In this document: positions 18,729 to 27,923 of the stretch, piece after piece
How the letters are laid out: every line of letters begins with the position of its first letter
Position numbering within the stretch: position 1 is the first letter of the stretch
Virus record (IMG/VR): IMGVR_UViG_2077657010_000001
Coordinates: 34,323-98,322 of that record
Strand: one strand, 5' to 3'
From: a virus
Length of the DNA stretch: 64,000 nucleotides
Program-made: the position numbers and the translations under genes
Notes under the pieces: generated by a model
Seen by the model: the letters and a program-made list of their open reading frames with translations, nothing else
Database searches by the model: none
What the model was told of the DNA's origin: nothing

Positions 18729-20189
18729 ATGGCCGGGCCAGCAAAACGAAAATTATCTAAAACTGTCCGTATTCGACTTAATTCATTTGGCCTATACGAT
18801 CATTTAACAGGTCGCTACTTAAAAGGGAAGCATGGTTTATATTATCTGAACGGTGGCCTTAGTACCGTATCTGGCTTTGGTGGTCGTGGTAACATGTTTA
18901 AGTCTGCGTTCTCAGGCACAGTTGGCGTTTCATCGTCATTGAAATACAATGTTGAGTTCACGGAGTTTTATGACAGTGAGCTAACGATGGATGTAGAACG
19001 CATTCAAGATTACATTAACTCAGTTGCCCTACACAACGGTTGGGAAGAAATCCCTCAGATTACTGACTTGTTGGAAGACGAGAAAACGACATGGAACATC
19101 ACCGCATCGGATGTGTCGTTTGTTGACGAGTGGTTCATGGATAACTGTCGGTCTGAAATCGGTAACCGTGAGAAAGTTAAACAGAAAGATATGTATGAGA
19201 CACCTTTTTATGATGTGAAAGGTGAACCTATCTACATTCCAAACCCGTGGATTTTTAACTGGGACTCTGTGTCAGAATCACGCATCTCGATTAACGATAA
19301 AAAGCTAGACAGTAACATGGTCGGGGATAAAGACCTCAACACTGAAGCGATGGATGATGCAAGGCATAAATCACAGCTCCTCCGACAGGTGCCTGCGGTA
19401 GCATCACGCGGTGGGATGTACTTCACTGCTGTTGCACATGCGGATGATGAGTTGAAGATGGATAAATACGATCCATCACAAAAGAAACTTCCTACACTAA
19501 AAGGTAATCTCAAGTTTAAAGGTGTACCTGGCCGTGCGTGGACGTTCCTAACCAATACCATCATGCTGGCAGTGCACAATGAAACGCTGCTTAACAAGCA
19601 AGATAAGATGTGTGAGTATCCACATCCTGAAATTCCAACAATGGTTGGCGATCCAGATTTGGTCAAAATACGGTATATTGAATGTCGTGGTAAAGGTGGC
19701 CCTACTGGTGCATATATCGACCTTATCTTCTCGCAACGTGAAGGGTTAGATGTTACACTGACGAATTACAACTATGTTGCTAAAGAGTTGAAGTCGTTTG
19801 GTCTTGATGAGAGCGGTTCCGGTAATGCCTTTAAACAATTGCAGATATACCCTGAGTATAAGTTCACTCGAAAAGATATCCGTAAGCATAAAGAAAACGA
19901 TCCTAAATTCCGACGGGCATTGGAACTCTTAGCGGGACTTGGATATATCTATTACAACTACCACGATGTTCCTGCAGAAATGAAAATTGACATTCCAGAA
20001 CTTTACACTAAAATAAAAGATGCTGGATTTGATTGGGATAAGATTCTGACAGACACCGTTGAGTATTGGCAGCCAGCCCATCTTGAACAGCAGAGTAAGA
20101 AAATCACACTGACTGCACGCACATTGCTTGGTATGGCGGTAGGTGAGTTTAAAGCTGACCACCCCGTGCTTAAAGCCCTAGCCAAATAA
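18729..20189 (+). CDS. uvsX: UvsX/RecA-like recombinase (phiKZ gp152-like)
   Basis: AAGGAG RBS at ATG18729; LNGGL..GRGNMFKS P-loop, YDSE, WDSVS Walker B. Confidence 0.85.
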   Translation: MAGPAKRKLSKTVRIRLNSFGLYDHLTGRYLKGKHGLYYLNGGLSTVSGFGGRGNMFKSAFSGTVGVSSSLKYNVEFTEFYDSELTMDVERIQDYINSVALHNGWEEIPQITDLLEDEKTTWNITASDVSFVDEWFMDNCRSEIGNREKVKQKDMYETPFYDVKGEPIYIPNPWIFNWDSVSESRISINDKKLDSNMVGDKDLNTEAMDDARHKSQLLRQVPAVASRGGMYFTAVAHADDELKMDKYDPSQKKLPTLKGNLKFKGVPGRAWTFLTNTIMLAVHNETLLNKQDKMCEYPHPEIPTMVGDPDLVKIRYIECRGKGGPTGAYIDLIFSQREGLDVTLTNYNYVAKELKSFGLDESGSGNAFKQLQIYPEYKFTRKDIRKHKENDPKFRRALELLAGLGYIYYNYHDVPAEMKIDIPELYTKIKDAGFDWDKILTDTVEYWQPAHLEQQSKKITLTARTLLGMAVGEFKADHPVLKALAK

Positions 20190-20244
20190 GTACCCTGTGG
20201 GGATGTCGTCCCCACATCTTGAACCTACAAGGAATATAATAATT

Positions 20245-20544
20245 ATGGGTGTATTTACAAAGCTCATCGATTCTATCGACCACGATGAGATCAAAGAACA
20301 CATCGACAACAATATTGACGCGGACTACACCTATACTGGTGACTGGTCTGGTGAGCAGCATCATGCTAACCTCTACCTCAATAAGTTGTTATCTTCCATG
20401 GCCAGAGGTCATGATGTATCCGCTAACGAAATGCGCCAAGCTCGACGCACATTAACGGTTGTTGAAACTGAAGAGCAACTAGATGATTGGATTGTCGACT
20501 TGCATGAAAACTATTTCCCATTACTCATGTCACTATGGGATTAA
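20245..20544 (+). CDS. Hypothetical protein
   Basis: AAGGA RBS before ATG20245 (track start 20197). Confidence 0.7.
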   Translation: MGVFTKLIDSIDHDEIKEHIDNNIDADYTYTGDWSGEQHHANLYLNKLLSSMARGHDVSANEMRQARRTLTVVETEEQLDDWIVDLHENYFPLLMSLWD

Positions 20545-20556
20545 CTATGGTGTGTT

Positions 20557-21123
20557 ATGGAACATGTAATAGAAACGGTGTTGTCACATGAACTATCATG
20601 TCCGACACTGTTTGCACATACAGACACGGATGAAGCCCGTGAGAAGTTAAAGGATATCGTTAAAAAGGATAAGTTGAATATCGCCATTGTGGGCAGTGCA
20701 TATGCTTATGACATTGCCCGTGTTACCCGTATAATCAATACGCTCATACGTCCCTTTAAAGACCCCGACTCGTTACGTGTCATCTTTTATGATAACTCAG
20801 AATTAGCTTATATCATCAAAAAGTGGGGGGAGCACAACAAGATTGAAATTGTCCCTTACGAGATAGAAAGTGAATACCGACTCAATGGCATGGATGAGGA
20901 AAGTCCTCATTATTGGCGAGCGAAAGCACTTCAAAATAAAGCGCTCATTAGAAGAGACCAACGCATGATGAACGATACGGATGTGCTCATTTATTTGCAT
21001 GTCACTGGTGAGGATGATAAGGCAATTGATAATATGTATCAAGAAGCAATCAGTAAAGGTAAATTCGTAACTAAGCGGAATATTAAAGGTGGCTCCCATG
21101 GCAAAAAGCGAAAAAAGGCGTAA
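20557..21123 (+). CDS. Divergent SLOG-fold (YspA/DUF2493-like) protein
   Basis: IAIVGS..YD, ALIRRDQRMMNDTDVLI, MYQEAISKG pattern; Gly-rich loop degenerate. Confidence 0.5.
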   Translation: MEHVIETVLSHELSCPTLFAHTDTDEAREKLKDIVKKDKLNIAIVGSAYAYDIARVTRIINTLIRPFKDPDSLRVIFYDNSELAYIIKKWGEHNKIEIVPYEIESEYRLNGMDEESPHYWRAKALQNKALIRRDQRMMNDTDVLIYLHVTGEDDKAIDNMYQEAISKGKFVTKRNIKGGSHGKKRKKA

Positions 21124-21763
21124 GACAGAAGCGTTCATTATCCAGATGTTGGATAAGGTGGATGTGAGCGGTACCAATAGCGACTTGTACAAAAAGGTGT
21201 TCGCTAAGATGGGTGATGGGGACTTCGTTAAGCTTATCTCCAAACCATTACCTATCTATGATCCAAATGGTGGTAAGGTCAAGATAGACCACATGCGGAA
21301 TATCAAAATCATGAGAGAGCTTGGGTATGAGCCTGAGCAGCACTTGTGGTTAACTGACCCCAAAACTGGGGTGATGTCTAAGACTGAGCGTAAACATCTG
21401 GTACTTAGACTACCTGTGCGTCGACAAACGCAGGATATCGATAAGAAAGCAAAGACGGCTGAACACAACCGAACGATAGACCCTACCACGGGTCAGACTG
21501 TAGGTTCGTCTAAAGGTTCTTCGTTTTCATTCCCGCAGATTTATGTCATGTATACCAAAGGGTATACCAATACCATCCAGGAGCTTATCAATGCTCGTGG
21601 TGGTAACGTTAAGGCCGGTAAAATCATTGACCGTGCTATCCGTCGTGATGGCCGTGGTAAACTCAATGAGGAAGGCACTGCGAATACAAACGTATCATCC
21701 AGTGTCAGCATCGGCAACATTTTTCGTGCAATGCACATTGACAACAATATAGGTAAATTATGA
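21098..21763 (+). CDS. Virion RNA polymerase beta subunit, C-terminal part (phiKZ gp149-like)
   Basis: LRLPVRRQTQDIDKK, DPTTGQTVGSSKGS, QELINARGGN resemble the RpoB C-terminal region. Confidence 0.8.
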   Translation: MAKSEKRRKTEAFIIQMLDKVDVSGTNSDLYKKVFAKMGDGDFVKLISKPLPIYDPNGGKVKIDHMRNIKIMRELGYEPEQHLWLTDPKTGVMSKTERKHLVLRLPVRRQTQDIDKKAKTAEHNRTIDPTTGQTVGSSKGSSFSFPQIYVMYTKGYTNTIQELINARGGNVKAGKIIDRAIRRDGRGKLNEEGTANTNVSSSVSIGNIFRAMHIDNNIGKL

Positions 21764-22203
21764 AACCTACATACTACACCGGACACACTCTATTAGATAG
21801 CGTCGCCGATTTTATCAAGCCTAACGTTCGTGCGTTATTGGGAAAAGAAAAAGGCTTGTTGGGTTTAAACCATACCATCGGTATCTTACCGCACAACCAC
21901 TTCCAAACGGATTGGGTATTGCTCATCGCCGAGGGGGAAAAAGCACCTGACCATGCGTCGGAGATTTTCGACCTAATCCAGTGTGCACATTTCTACCTGA
22001 CCACATTCCATGTCGATGACTTTGACCTCTTCCGAAAAAATGTCGAAGAAGTCATCAAGGATGTGAAAAGTTGTGGTTATTATGACGGCGAGCACGGTGA
22101 GCATTTTGTAGATGAATTGTACACGTACGATCTACGTATCACCGCATGTCTACTAAGCATGGTTTTTCCTTTCTTATTGGATGAGTTAACTAGCGGGGAT
22201 TAG
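21760..22203 (+). CDS. Hypothetical protein
   Basis: ATGA overlap with upstream gene. Confidence 0.75.
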   Translation: MKPTYYTGHTLLDSVADFIKPNVRALLGKEKGLLGLNHTIGILPHNHFQTDWVLLIAEGEKAPDHASEIFDLIQCAHFYLTTFHVDDFDLFRKNVEEVIKDVKSCGYYDGEHGEHFVDELYTYDLRITACLLSMVFPFLLDELTSGD

Positions 22204-22208
22204 TCAAT

Positions 22209-22928
22209 ATGTCCGAGGGTGTTAAGCAAAATACGCTCATTGACTTAGACTGTCTTGTTGATACACGGTTAGGGTTATTGTTCCAACACTATCGTAATCA
22301 TTATAACAAGCTGTCAGATGTTCAAATGAACGACATCATCCACCGGACACATGACACAATGTGGCAGTGGGCGTGTGTGTCGGAAGATGACTGGTGTGCC
22401 CAGTACGGTAAGCGTGATGTGGGTACCCTGAAACACAGTTTACCTACAGATATGATGATTAACTTAAAACCCATCATCATGAGTAAGTACGTTGAAGGAA
22501 AGACCAGTCCGGTACACCTCCCACTGCATTTATTCATTAACATATATCCTTATGTTTTGGATAATGAAGAATGTGAAGTGCTCGTTGATGCCATCAAAGA
22601 GTGTACGTTCGATGACTTAGATGTCGATGTCGTAAGACTGTCACCTGAATCATTGACACCGGGCAGTGTAAAAGATAGCTATCAAGTACTGTTCATGTAT
22701 GAGGGGGTGAAATGGCTCGAGTTGCACAAGCAAGAGTTGTTAGATTGCAAAATGCCACGAACCATTCTCAACTTGCCTGGTTACCTCATTGATAACAAAG
22801 AAGCAATGGAAGCGGCAGAGCAGGAAAATGTCGATCCATTTGAACGTGCTAAGGTGGCGATGTCTGAATTTATAACGTTAGAGTTTTTGTCGCCTAACTT
22901 TTTCAGTTTGTATATTGGAGACAAATAA
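22209..22928 (+). CDS. Conserved phiKZ-like hypothetical protein (HAD-like DxD N-terminus)
   Basis: LIDLDCLVDTRLG motif. Confidence 0.55.
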   Translation: MSEGVKQNTLIDLDCLVDTRLGLLFQHYRNHYNKLSDVQMNDIIHRTHDTMWQWACVSEDDWCAQYGKRDVGTLKHSLPTDMMINLKPIIMSKYVEGKTSPVHLPLHLFINIYPYVLDNEECEVLVDAIKECTFDDLDVDVVRLSPESLTPGSVKDSYQVLFMYEGVKWLELHKQELLDCKMPRTILNLPGYLIDNKEAMEAAEQENVDPFERAKVAMSEFITLEFLSPNFFSLYIGDK

Positions 22929-22952
22929 AAAAAGGGTGATTATTCACCCTTT
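22927..22952. terminator. Terminator hairpin between convergent genes
   Basis: A-run, AAAGGGTGA..TCACCCTTT; overlaps the stop of the minus gene. Confidence 0.6.
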
Positions 22953-23404
22953 AGTTCTTTTCTTTGTTCTTCGCGTATGCTATCAAGGTCGACAACTTCA
23001 CTACCAACACCAGAGATTTCACCTGGCTTTATATCAACATCAGGCAGCCGGTTGGGATCAATGTCAAGGTGGCGCTTACTGTGGACTTCTTCGACTTCAC
23101 CGTCGTAGGTTCTTCCATCACGGAGTACACCGACACAGTTGTCTTCGATTTTTGCAATGACTTCAGCTGCCATGGCATTGGTGTTTGCATTTTGTTGATC
23201 TACCTCAGTACGACGCTTACCAAATACAGATGCGTCTGAATCTTTGAGCATCTTCGCTAAGAAGTTTTTATCTTCTTTGTCTATAGGTATCGTGAATTTA
23301 CCGTTAGAGTCAGTAGTTACTTCACTGACTGCTTTGATGCGTACTTGTTGTGCCCATAACAACATATCGTCATCAGACATGACATCAGGCTCTTTTTTAT
23401 CCAT
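22940..23404 (-). CDS. Hypothetical acidic protein
   Basis: GGAG RBS, 154 aa. Confidence 0.75.
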   Translation of the reverse strand: MDKKEPDVMSDDDMLLWAQQVRIKAVSEVTTDSNGKFTIPIDKEDKNFLAKMLKDSDASVFGKRRTEVDQQNANTNAMAAEVIAKIEDNCVGVLRDGRTYDGEVEEVHSKRHLDIDPNRLPDVDIKPGEISGVGSEVVDLDSIREEQRKELKGE

Positions 23405-23424
23405 ATTAACTCCGGATTAAAAAA

Positions 23425-23934
23425 ATGTTTAGACATATATTATTGTGGTGTATCCATCGACTGCATGCCGTTGCAATGGATAACGGTGAACGTGACAGGA
23501 TGTTAAAATGTGTGCTAGCAATTGAGACATTGCAGAAGCGTCATAAGATTAACAAGACTGTAGCCAACCATAAGCGTCACAGAGCGATTAAAATAACTAT
23601 GCATAGTAAGTGTGCAAGTGAGTTATTAATGTCGTTAGAATCGATTATAGAGAGCACGCAGGCAAGACCTAACGTTCGTGGGATCAAACAAGACACACTG
23701 CCGTCTTTGAGTAAAGGGACGGTCAGTGTGGATGATTGGTTAACCGATAATAATGGTAATTATTTAAATGCCGATGATGTGCTTAATCGGATCAGTGACA
23801 ATTTAAAAACCATTCGTGAGTTATATCTTGATGGTGTAGATAACAGTAATTTGAAGGAGGTGTTATTCGACCACTATCAAAATAAACCCGACATCGTCTA
23901 TAATGACATTGAGACAATCGTCGATGTATTATAA
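23425..23934 (+). CDS. Hypothetical protein
   Basis: 169 aa ORF; true start may be ATG23476 or ATG23500. Confidence 0.65.
   Translation: MFRHILLWCIHRLHAVAMDNGERDRMLKCVLAIETLQKRHKINKTVANHKRHRAIKITMHSKCASELLMSLESIIESTQARPNVRGIKQDTLPSLSKGTVSVDDWLTDNNGNYLNADDVLNRISDNLKTIRELYLDGVDNSNLKEVLFDHYQNKPDIVYNDIETIVDVL
23428..23450 (+). promoter_or_regulatory. Putative early promoter motif (weaker match)
   Basis: TTTAG-ACATATATTAT-TGTG-GTG. Confidence 0.35.
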
Positions 23935-23960
23935 CCTGCACTGTTAAGTGAGGATTAGAA

Positions 23961-24359
23961 ATGAGCAAGAAAAAGCTACAAGATGCCGTAGCCAATCCCG
24001 TAGAGCAAGTGAAGCGTTCTACGAATAACTTACTGGGTCGAGTGTATTGGATACTTATCGATAAACTAGACCTTAGCATGGAGGCGATAACGTTATCGTT
24101 AAACCGATATGTGAGAGACCCGAGAAATGGGGTGGTACAAACCTCGCATAAGCGAAGTGAAAAGATTTCTAACTTAACGGGTGAGTTGACTAATCACAGT
24201 CGTATGAGTTGGAATAAATTCATCGAAGGGCTTAAAGTCATTGAGGTTACTAGGGTGCGTATAACCTTTGAAGTGTGGCGTGGTAAGCGTGATACTTACG
24301 CAAAGACTGTCATCGATCAGAAAATGTCCGACCTTGAAACCTCTGACGAAGAAAATTAA
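23961..24359 (+). CDS. Hypothetical basic protein
   Basis: GAGGA RBS, 132 aa. Confidence 0.75.
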   Translation: MSKKKLQDAVANPVEQVKRSTNNLLGRVYWILIDKLDLSMEAITLSLNRYVRDPRNGVVQTSHKRSEKISNLTGELTNHSRMSWNKFIEGLKVIEVTRVRITFEVWRGKRDTYAKTVIDQKMSDLETSDEEN

Positions 24360-24368
24360 GGAGTTAAC

Positions 24369-25376
24369 ATGAAAACGCCTACGGTTAAGCCGGGCACATT
24401 CGAGTCTGATCCAAGAGACCAGCGTCGGGCAGTTGAAGATGTTTACAGTGAACCTGTATTAGAAACCCGTAACAATATTACGGGAACGTCTGAAGAAGTT
24501 GAAAGTGCCAGTAGCTACATGTCTAGCATTGACTTTGATGTCGATGCTACTATGAAATCCATTACCGAGAATGTCGGTAAAGACAGTGGTGGTCTCACGT
24601 TTGATTTTACAGAAACGCGTAAGCGGATTGAAAGCGCAATGGGTGTCCCTGGTGTGTCAGCAGATATGGATATCATGCAGAAAAAATCCGTGGCTGATGC
24701 TATTGCTGACAACTCGGGTTATAACAGTAAGGTCGTCATTGATGGCGTCTCAACTGTTATCGATAAAGACATTGACAACATGTCTGTATCGGATTTCGTA
24801 AGTACGGTTAATTCCGTATCGGGTAATAGTGAATTGGTTAAGGTCTTAGATCTTAGTGGCCAGGCGGCATTTGTAAAAGGCATGTCAGACGTTGCTATTG
24901 GTTGGGGTATTCCTGAGCTGCTAGATAAGTTGATTGACAATGTTGATGATGATACCGTTAAGCGTGAGATTAATCTAGAGAATCTGCTTAAGGTATCTAG
25001 ACGTGGCGATCTTAACCAAGCTGTTCATATTGCTAGCAATCTCGGTAAATCAACGGTGTATGGTGTACACGGTGATGTCATTGAGTTATTGGTTAAGCGA
25101 TATAAACGTCCTAAGAATACCAATAAGTCTGACACTGAATTGGGTGTGCAGTTGTTAGCGTTTTTCGAATGGATGAACCCTAATTGGGATAAAGACCCTT
25201 ACGATACAAATATCACCTGCTTAAAATTTTACGCGTTGGCAAACCCTATAGTGACTGAGCTACTTACCCACACGGATAAGTATTGCTACAGTGCGTTAGG
25301 TTCTACTATAAACATAGAACCTCCCAAATCAACAATAAACCGAATCATACCAGAGATGGTCGGGTTTGGCGAATAA
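24369..25376 (+). CDS. Putative virion structural protein
   Basis: AAGGAG RBS, 335 aa; product inferred from phiKZ-like context. Confidence 0.5.
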   Translation: MKTPTVKPGTFESDPRDQRRAVEDVYSEPVLETRNNITGTSEEVESASSYMSSIDFDVDATMKSITENVGKDSGGLTFDFTETRKRIESAMGVPGVSADMDIMQKKSVADAIADNSGYNSKVVIDGVSTVIDKDIDNMSVSDFVSTVNSVSGNSELVKVLDLSGQAAFVKGMSDVAIGWGIPELLDKLIDNVDDDTVKREINLENLLKVSRRGDLNQAVHIASNLGKSTVYGVHGDVIELLVKRYKRPKNTNKSDTELGVQLLAFFEWMNPNWDKDPYDTNITCLKFYALANPIVTELLTHTDKYCYSALGSTINIEPPKSTINRIIPEMVGFGE

Positions 25377-25389
25377 ATAAGGAACAACA

Positions 25390-26154
25390 ATGTACGAGTT
25401 AGTATACGGCGATTTGACTTTCCACGTTTGTGAAAAGACCGATAAGATCAACCATGTATTGTATAAGTCTGAGCAAATGCTGGACTTTAGTGATGAGACC
25501 GCATTTCACCCTGTCACCATTAAACCCCATCGTGATGACAACGAAGACTTTGCGGGCCTTAACTTCATTATCAACTTCACGCGCAACCAGTCTATCATCG
25601 CGCAGTTCCGTGGGGTGGATGAGAACAGTGTGGCAGCGACTGCTAGCACCATGATCAAAATGGTTGAGTCACCTGCAGTCTTTTACAAAAAGATGCACAA
25701 TGTCATCTCCAAGCCCATGCGTGACCGCTACCGTTTACTGTTGTCTGAATACGGTTTAGTATTGTCGCGTGACATGGAACCTGAAAAACGTGATAAGCAT
25801 ACATCTGCTTTGCGTATCATTGCATCACTTGGAAGCACAGAGCATGCCGAGCTACTATCGGCCTATGAGAATGACGGTGATCTTATCAGTCTACTCGATA
25901 AGTATACGTCAGATGAACATTACCGCACACTGGCTCTTGACTTCCTTGAACTTTGTTACGGCATCGTCAATCGTGAAAAGCTCACGAATGAATGGTTAGA
26001 TGCCTTCCGTCTCGGGGAAGTCATGGAGAACATGCTACCGGAGCCTAATGTAACAGTCGACGCCTACACCGCAGGTATCATTACCCGTGAACAAACAGGT
26101 CTAAACGAATCCGTGCTAGACCAAATCGATAAGGCTAAAAACAACGGCGGTTAA
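25390..26154 (+). CDS. Hypothetical protein
   Basis: AAGGA RBS, 254 aa. Confidence 0.8.
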   Translation: MYELVYGDLTFHVCEKTDKINHVLYKSEQMLDFSDETAFHPVTIKPHRDDNEDFAGLNFIINFTRNQSIIAQFRGVDENSVAATASTMIKMVESPAVFYKKMHNVISKPMRDRYRLLLSEYGLVLSRDMEPEKRDKHTSALRIIASLGSTEHAELLSAYENDGDLISLLDKYTSDEHYRTLALDFLELCYGIVNREKLTNEWLDAFRLGEVMENMLPEPNVTVDAYTAGIITREQTGLNESVLDQIDKAKNNGG

Positions 26155-26156
26155 AT

Positions 26157-26672
26157 ATGCTTGAACTGGCCACTGGCCGTGTTCATTTGTACCGCTATGG
26201 TGTATCTGGTTTAGGGTACCTGTTCTCAGATACCACCGCTAAATCATCAAAGCCTAACACCATCGGACATGCCCTTTCACCTGATTGGGCGACGATGGTT
26301 GGCCCCTATAAGCGTGGTGAGATAGACGAATACGAATACGCGTACCGATACCTTACCATGCTGCATGAATTACCAGATACTATCTATGATGCATTAGAAG
26401 TCGCCTCCTCACAGGGGCGGCTTCGTATTATGCTGTTAGCGTGTTATTGTTCATGGCCTAAATTCTGTCATAGGCACTTAGCATGTCGGTATATTGCAGA
26501 CCGTATAACCGATGCGTACTATACTGGCGAGGCCTATACCGTGGATAATTTTGAAGGGCCTCTATTATCACCACGAGACAATGAACATGAGGCCTACATG
26601 GATGCTATTTACGAAGGAGTTATTAATGAAATCTGTCACTATCGATGGCCAGATTATACACCCGTCGGGTGA
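26157..26672 (+). CDS. DUF488-like protein
   Basis: LSPDW..YKRGEID..Y..RY and LACYC..FCHRHL motifs. Confidence 0.7.
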   Translation: MLELATGRVHLYRYGVSGLGYLFSDTTAKSSKPNTIGHALSPDWATMVGPYKRGEIDEYEYAYRYLTMLHELPDTIYDALEVASSQGRLRIMLLACYCSWPKFCHRHLACRYIADRITDAYYTGEAYTVDNFEGPLLSPRDNEHEAYMDAIYEGVINEICHYRWPDYTPVG

Positions 26673-27189
26673 TGGTGTCGACCATTTAAACATATATAGT
26701 CGCAGTAAATCAGAGCTGGGTCGGTGGATGTCCAACTTCAGTGAAACGAACACATCGGCTGGACATGGGACATTTAGAACACTTGAGGGGTATTACCACT
26801 ACCTTAAGATTGTGCTGAGTGTCATCGATGATGATGCAAATCCTTTAAGTCAAAAAGCTTACGATGACATTAACCAATATTTGGTTGACATCAAATCTGT
26901 TGATGGCGTGACTGCTAAAAAGCTTGGTAGCACGATGCGCACTATCTGTGAAGCCAATGAAGTGTCGGTGATGCGAAAGCCTACTGCTGAAATGGAAGAA
27001 TGGTTTACAGAGGCTGTTGAGCGTAAACTCAAAGATAACCAAGCCATGCTTGACCGCTTAAGAGACATCATTGAAGATGGTGTACCTCTAACCCACTATT
27101 ACGACTATGGTGATAGTGTTATCTACAAACCACATTTCAAGTGGTTGGTGGATGTTTATTACAATGCGATTAATAACATAGGAGAATAA
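26626..27189 (+). CDS. NADAR-like protein
   Basis: AAGGAG RBS at ATG26626; LGRWMSNF, FRTLEGYYHYLK, AKKLG motifs. Confidence 0.6.
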   Translation: MKSVTIDGQIIHPSGDGVDHLNIYSRSKSELGRWMSNFSETNTSAGHGTFRTLEGYYHYLKIVLSVIDDDANPLSQKAYDDINQYLVDIKSVDGVTAKKLGSTMRTICEANEVSVMRKPTAEMEEWFTEAVERKLKDNQAMLDRLRDIIEDGVPLTHYYDYGDSVIYKPHFKWLVDVYYNAINNIGE

Positions 27190-27192
27190 TTA

Positions 27193-27888
27193 ATGTCAAT
27201 TTCACTGTTTGGGCTAAGCGAGTATGAATATATTGACTATAAGGACTTAGTTAAACTGAGAAGCCTTGCGGCGGCATATCGCCGCAAGATACGTGAGCTA
27301 GGACGAAATAGTGGTACAGAAGAAGGGCTAGAACGTACTCGCTGTGCATACCTACGTCAACTCGAAAAGATGTATCGTAGTGTGTTGGTTAATAATGTAC
27401 TTAACAGTGACCACATCGATAATACATACACAGCGCCATCTACTGCCGTAGAAGTTGATGGGGATGTCACCAAGCTGTATAATTCAAACATTCTCACCCA
27501 CCACCAATTGACAGTTAATGATTTTGGTAAAGGTAAGTTGATATCTGTAGATATACCATTTAAGGTTCATGGTGTGATTGACTTTACTGTCAACCATCAC
27601 AGTGATGATTATACTGGATATATCAGTGTACGGATGTTAGGTGTTTTGAATGTTAAGGGGTATTATAAAGATGCATTAAACGCCTATAAATCTGGTAGTG
27701 TATCTGCGATTGGCAGTTACTTAAAACACATCCACGAGGTTGATTGCCTTAACATCTTCGATATACCGGACATTTTCACATTTGTCGGTGAAGAAGGTTA
27801 TGAAAAGATTACAGCACTGTGTGATCCGCTGTATGCCTACTTCATGATCAATGACTTCACTATCAAATATGAAGACATCGGCAAATAA
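27193..27888 (+). CDS. Hypothetical protein
   Basis: AGGAG RBS, 231 aa. Confidence 0.8.
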   Translation: MSISLFGLSEYEYIDYKDLVKLRSLAAAYRRKIRELGRNSGTEEGLERTRCAYLRQLEKMYRSVLVNNVLNSDHIDNTYTAPSTAVEVDGDVTKLYNSNILTHHQLTVNDFGKGKLISVDIPFKVHGVIDFTVNHHSDDYTGYISVRMLGVLNVKGYYKDALNAYKSGSVSAIGSYLKHIHEVDCLNIFDIPDIFTFVGEEGYEKITALCDPLYAYFMINDFTIKYEDIGK

Positions 27889-27920
27889 AAAAGGAGGGGC
27901 GCATGCCCCTCTTTTTTTTT
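27887..27920. terminator. Bidirectional terminator
   Basis: A-run, GAGGGGC-GCAT-GCCCCTC, T-run. Confidence 0.85.
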
Positions 27921-27923
27921 GTG

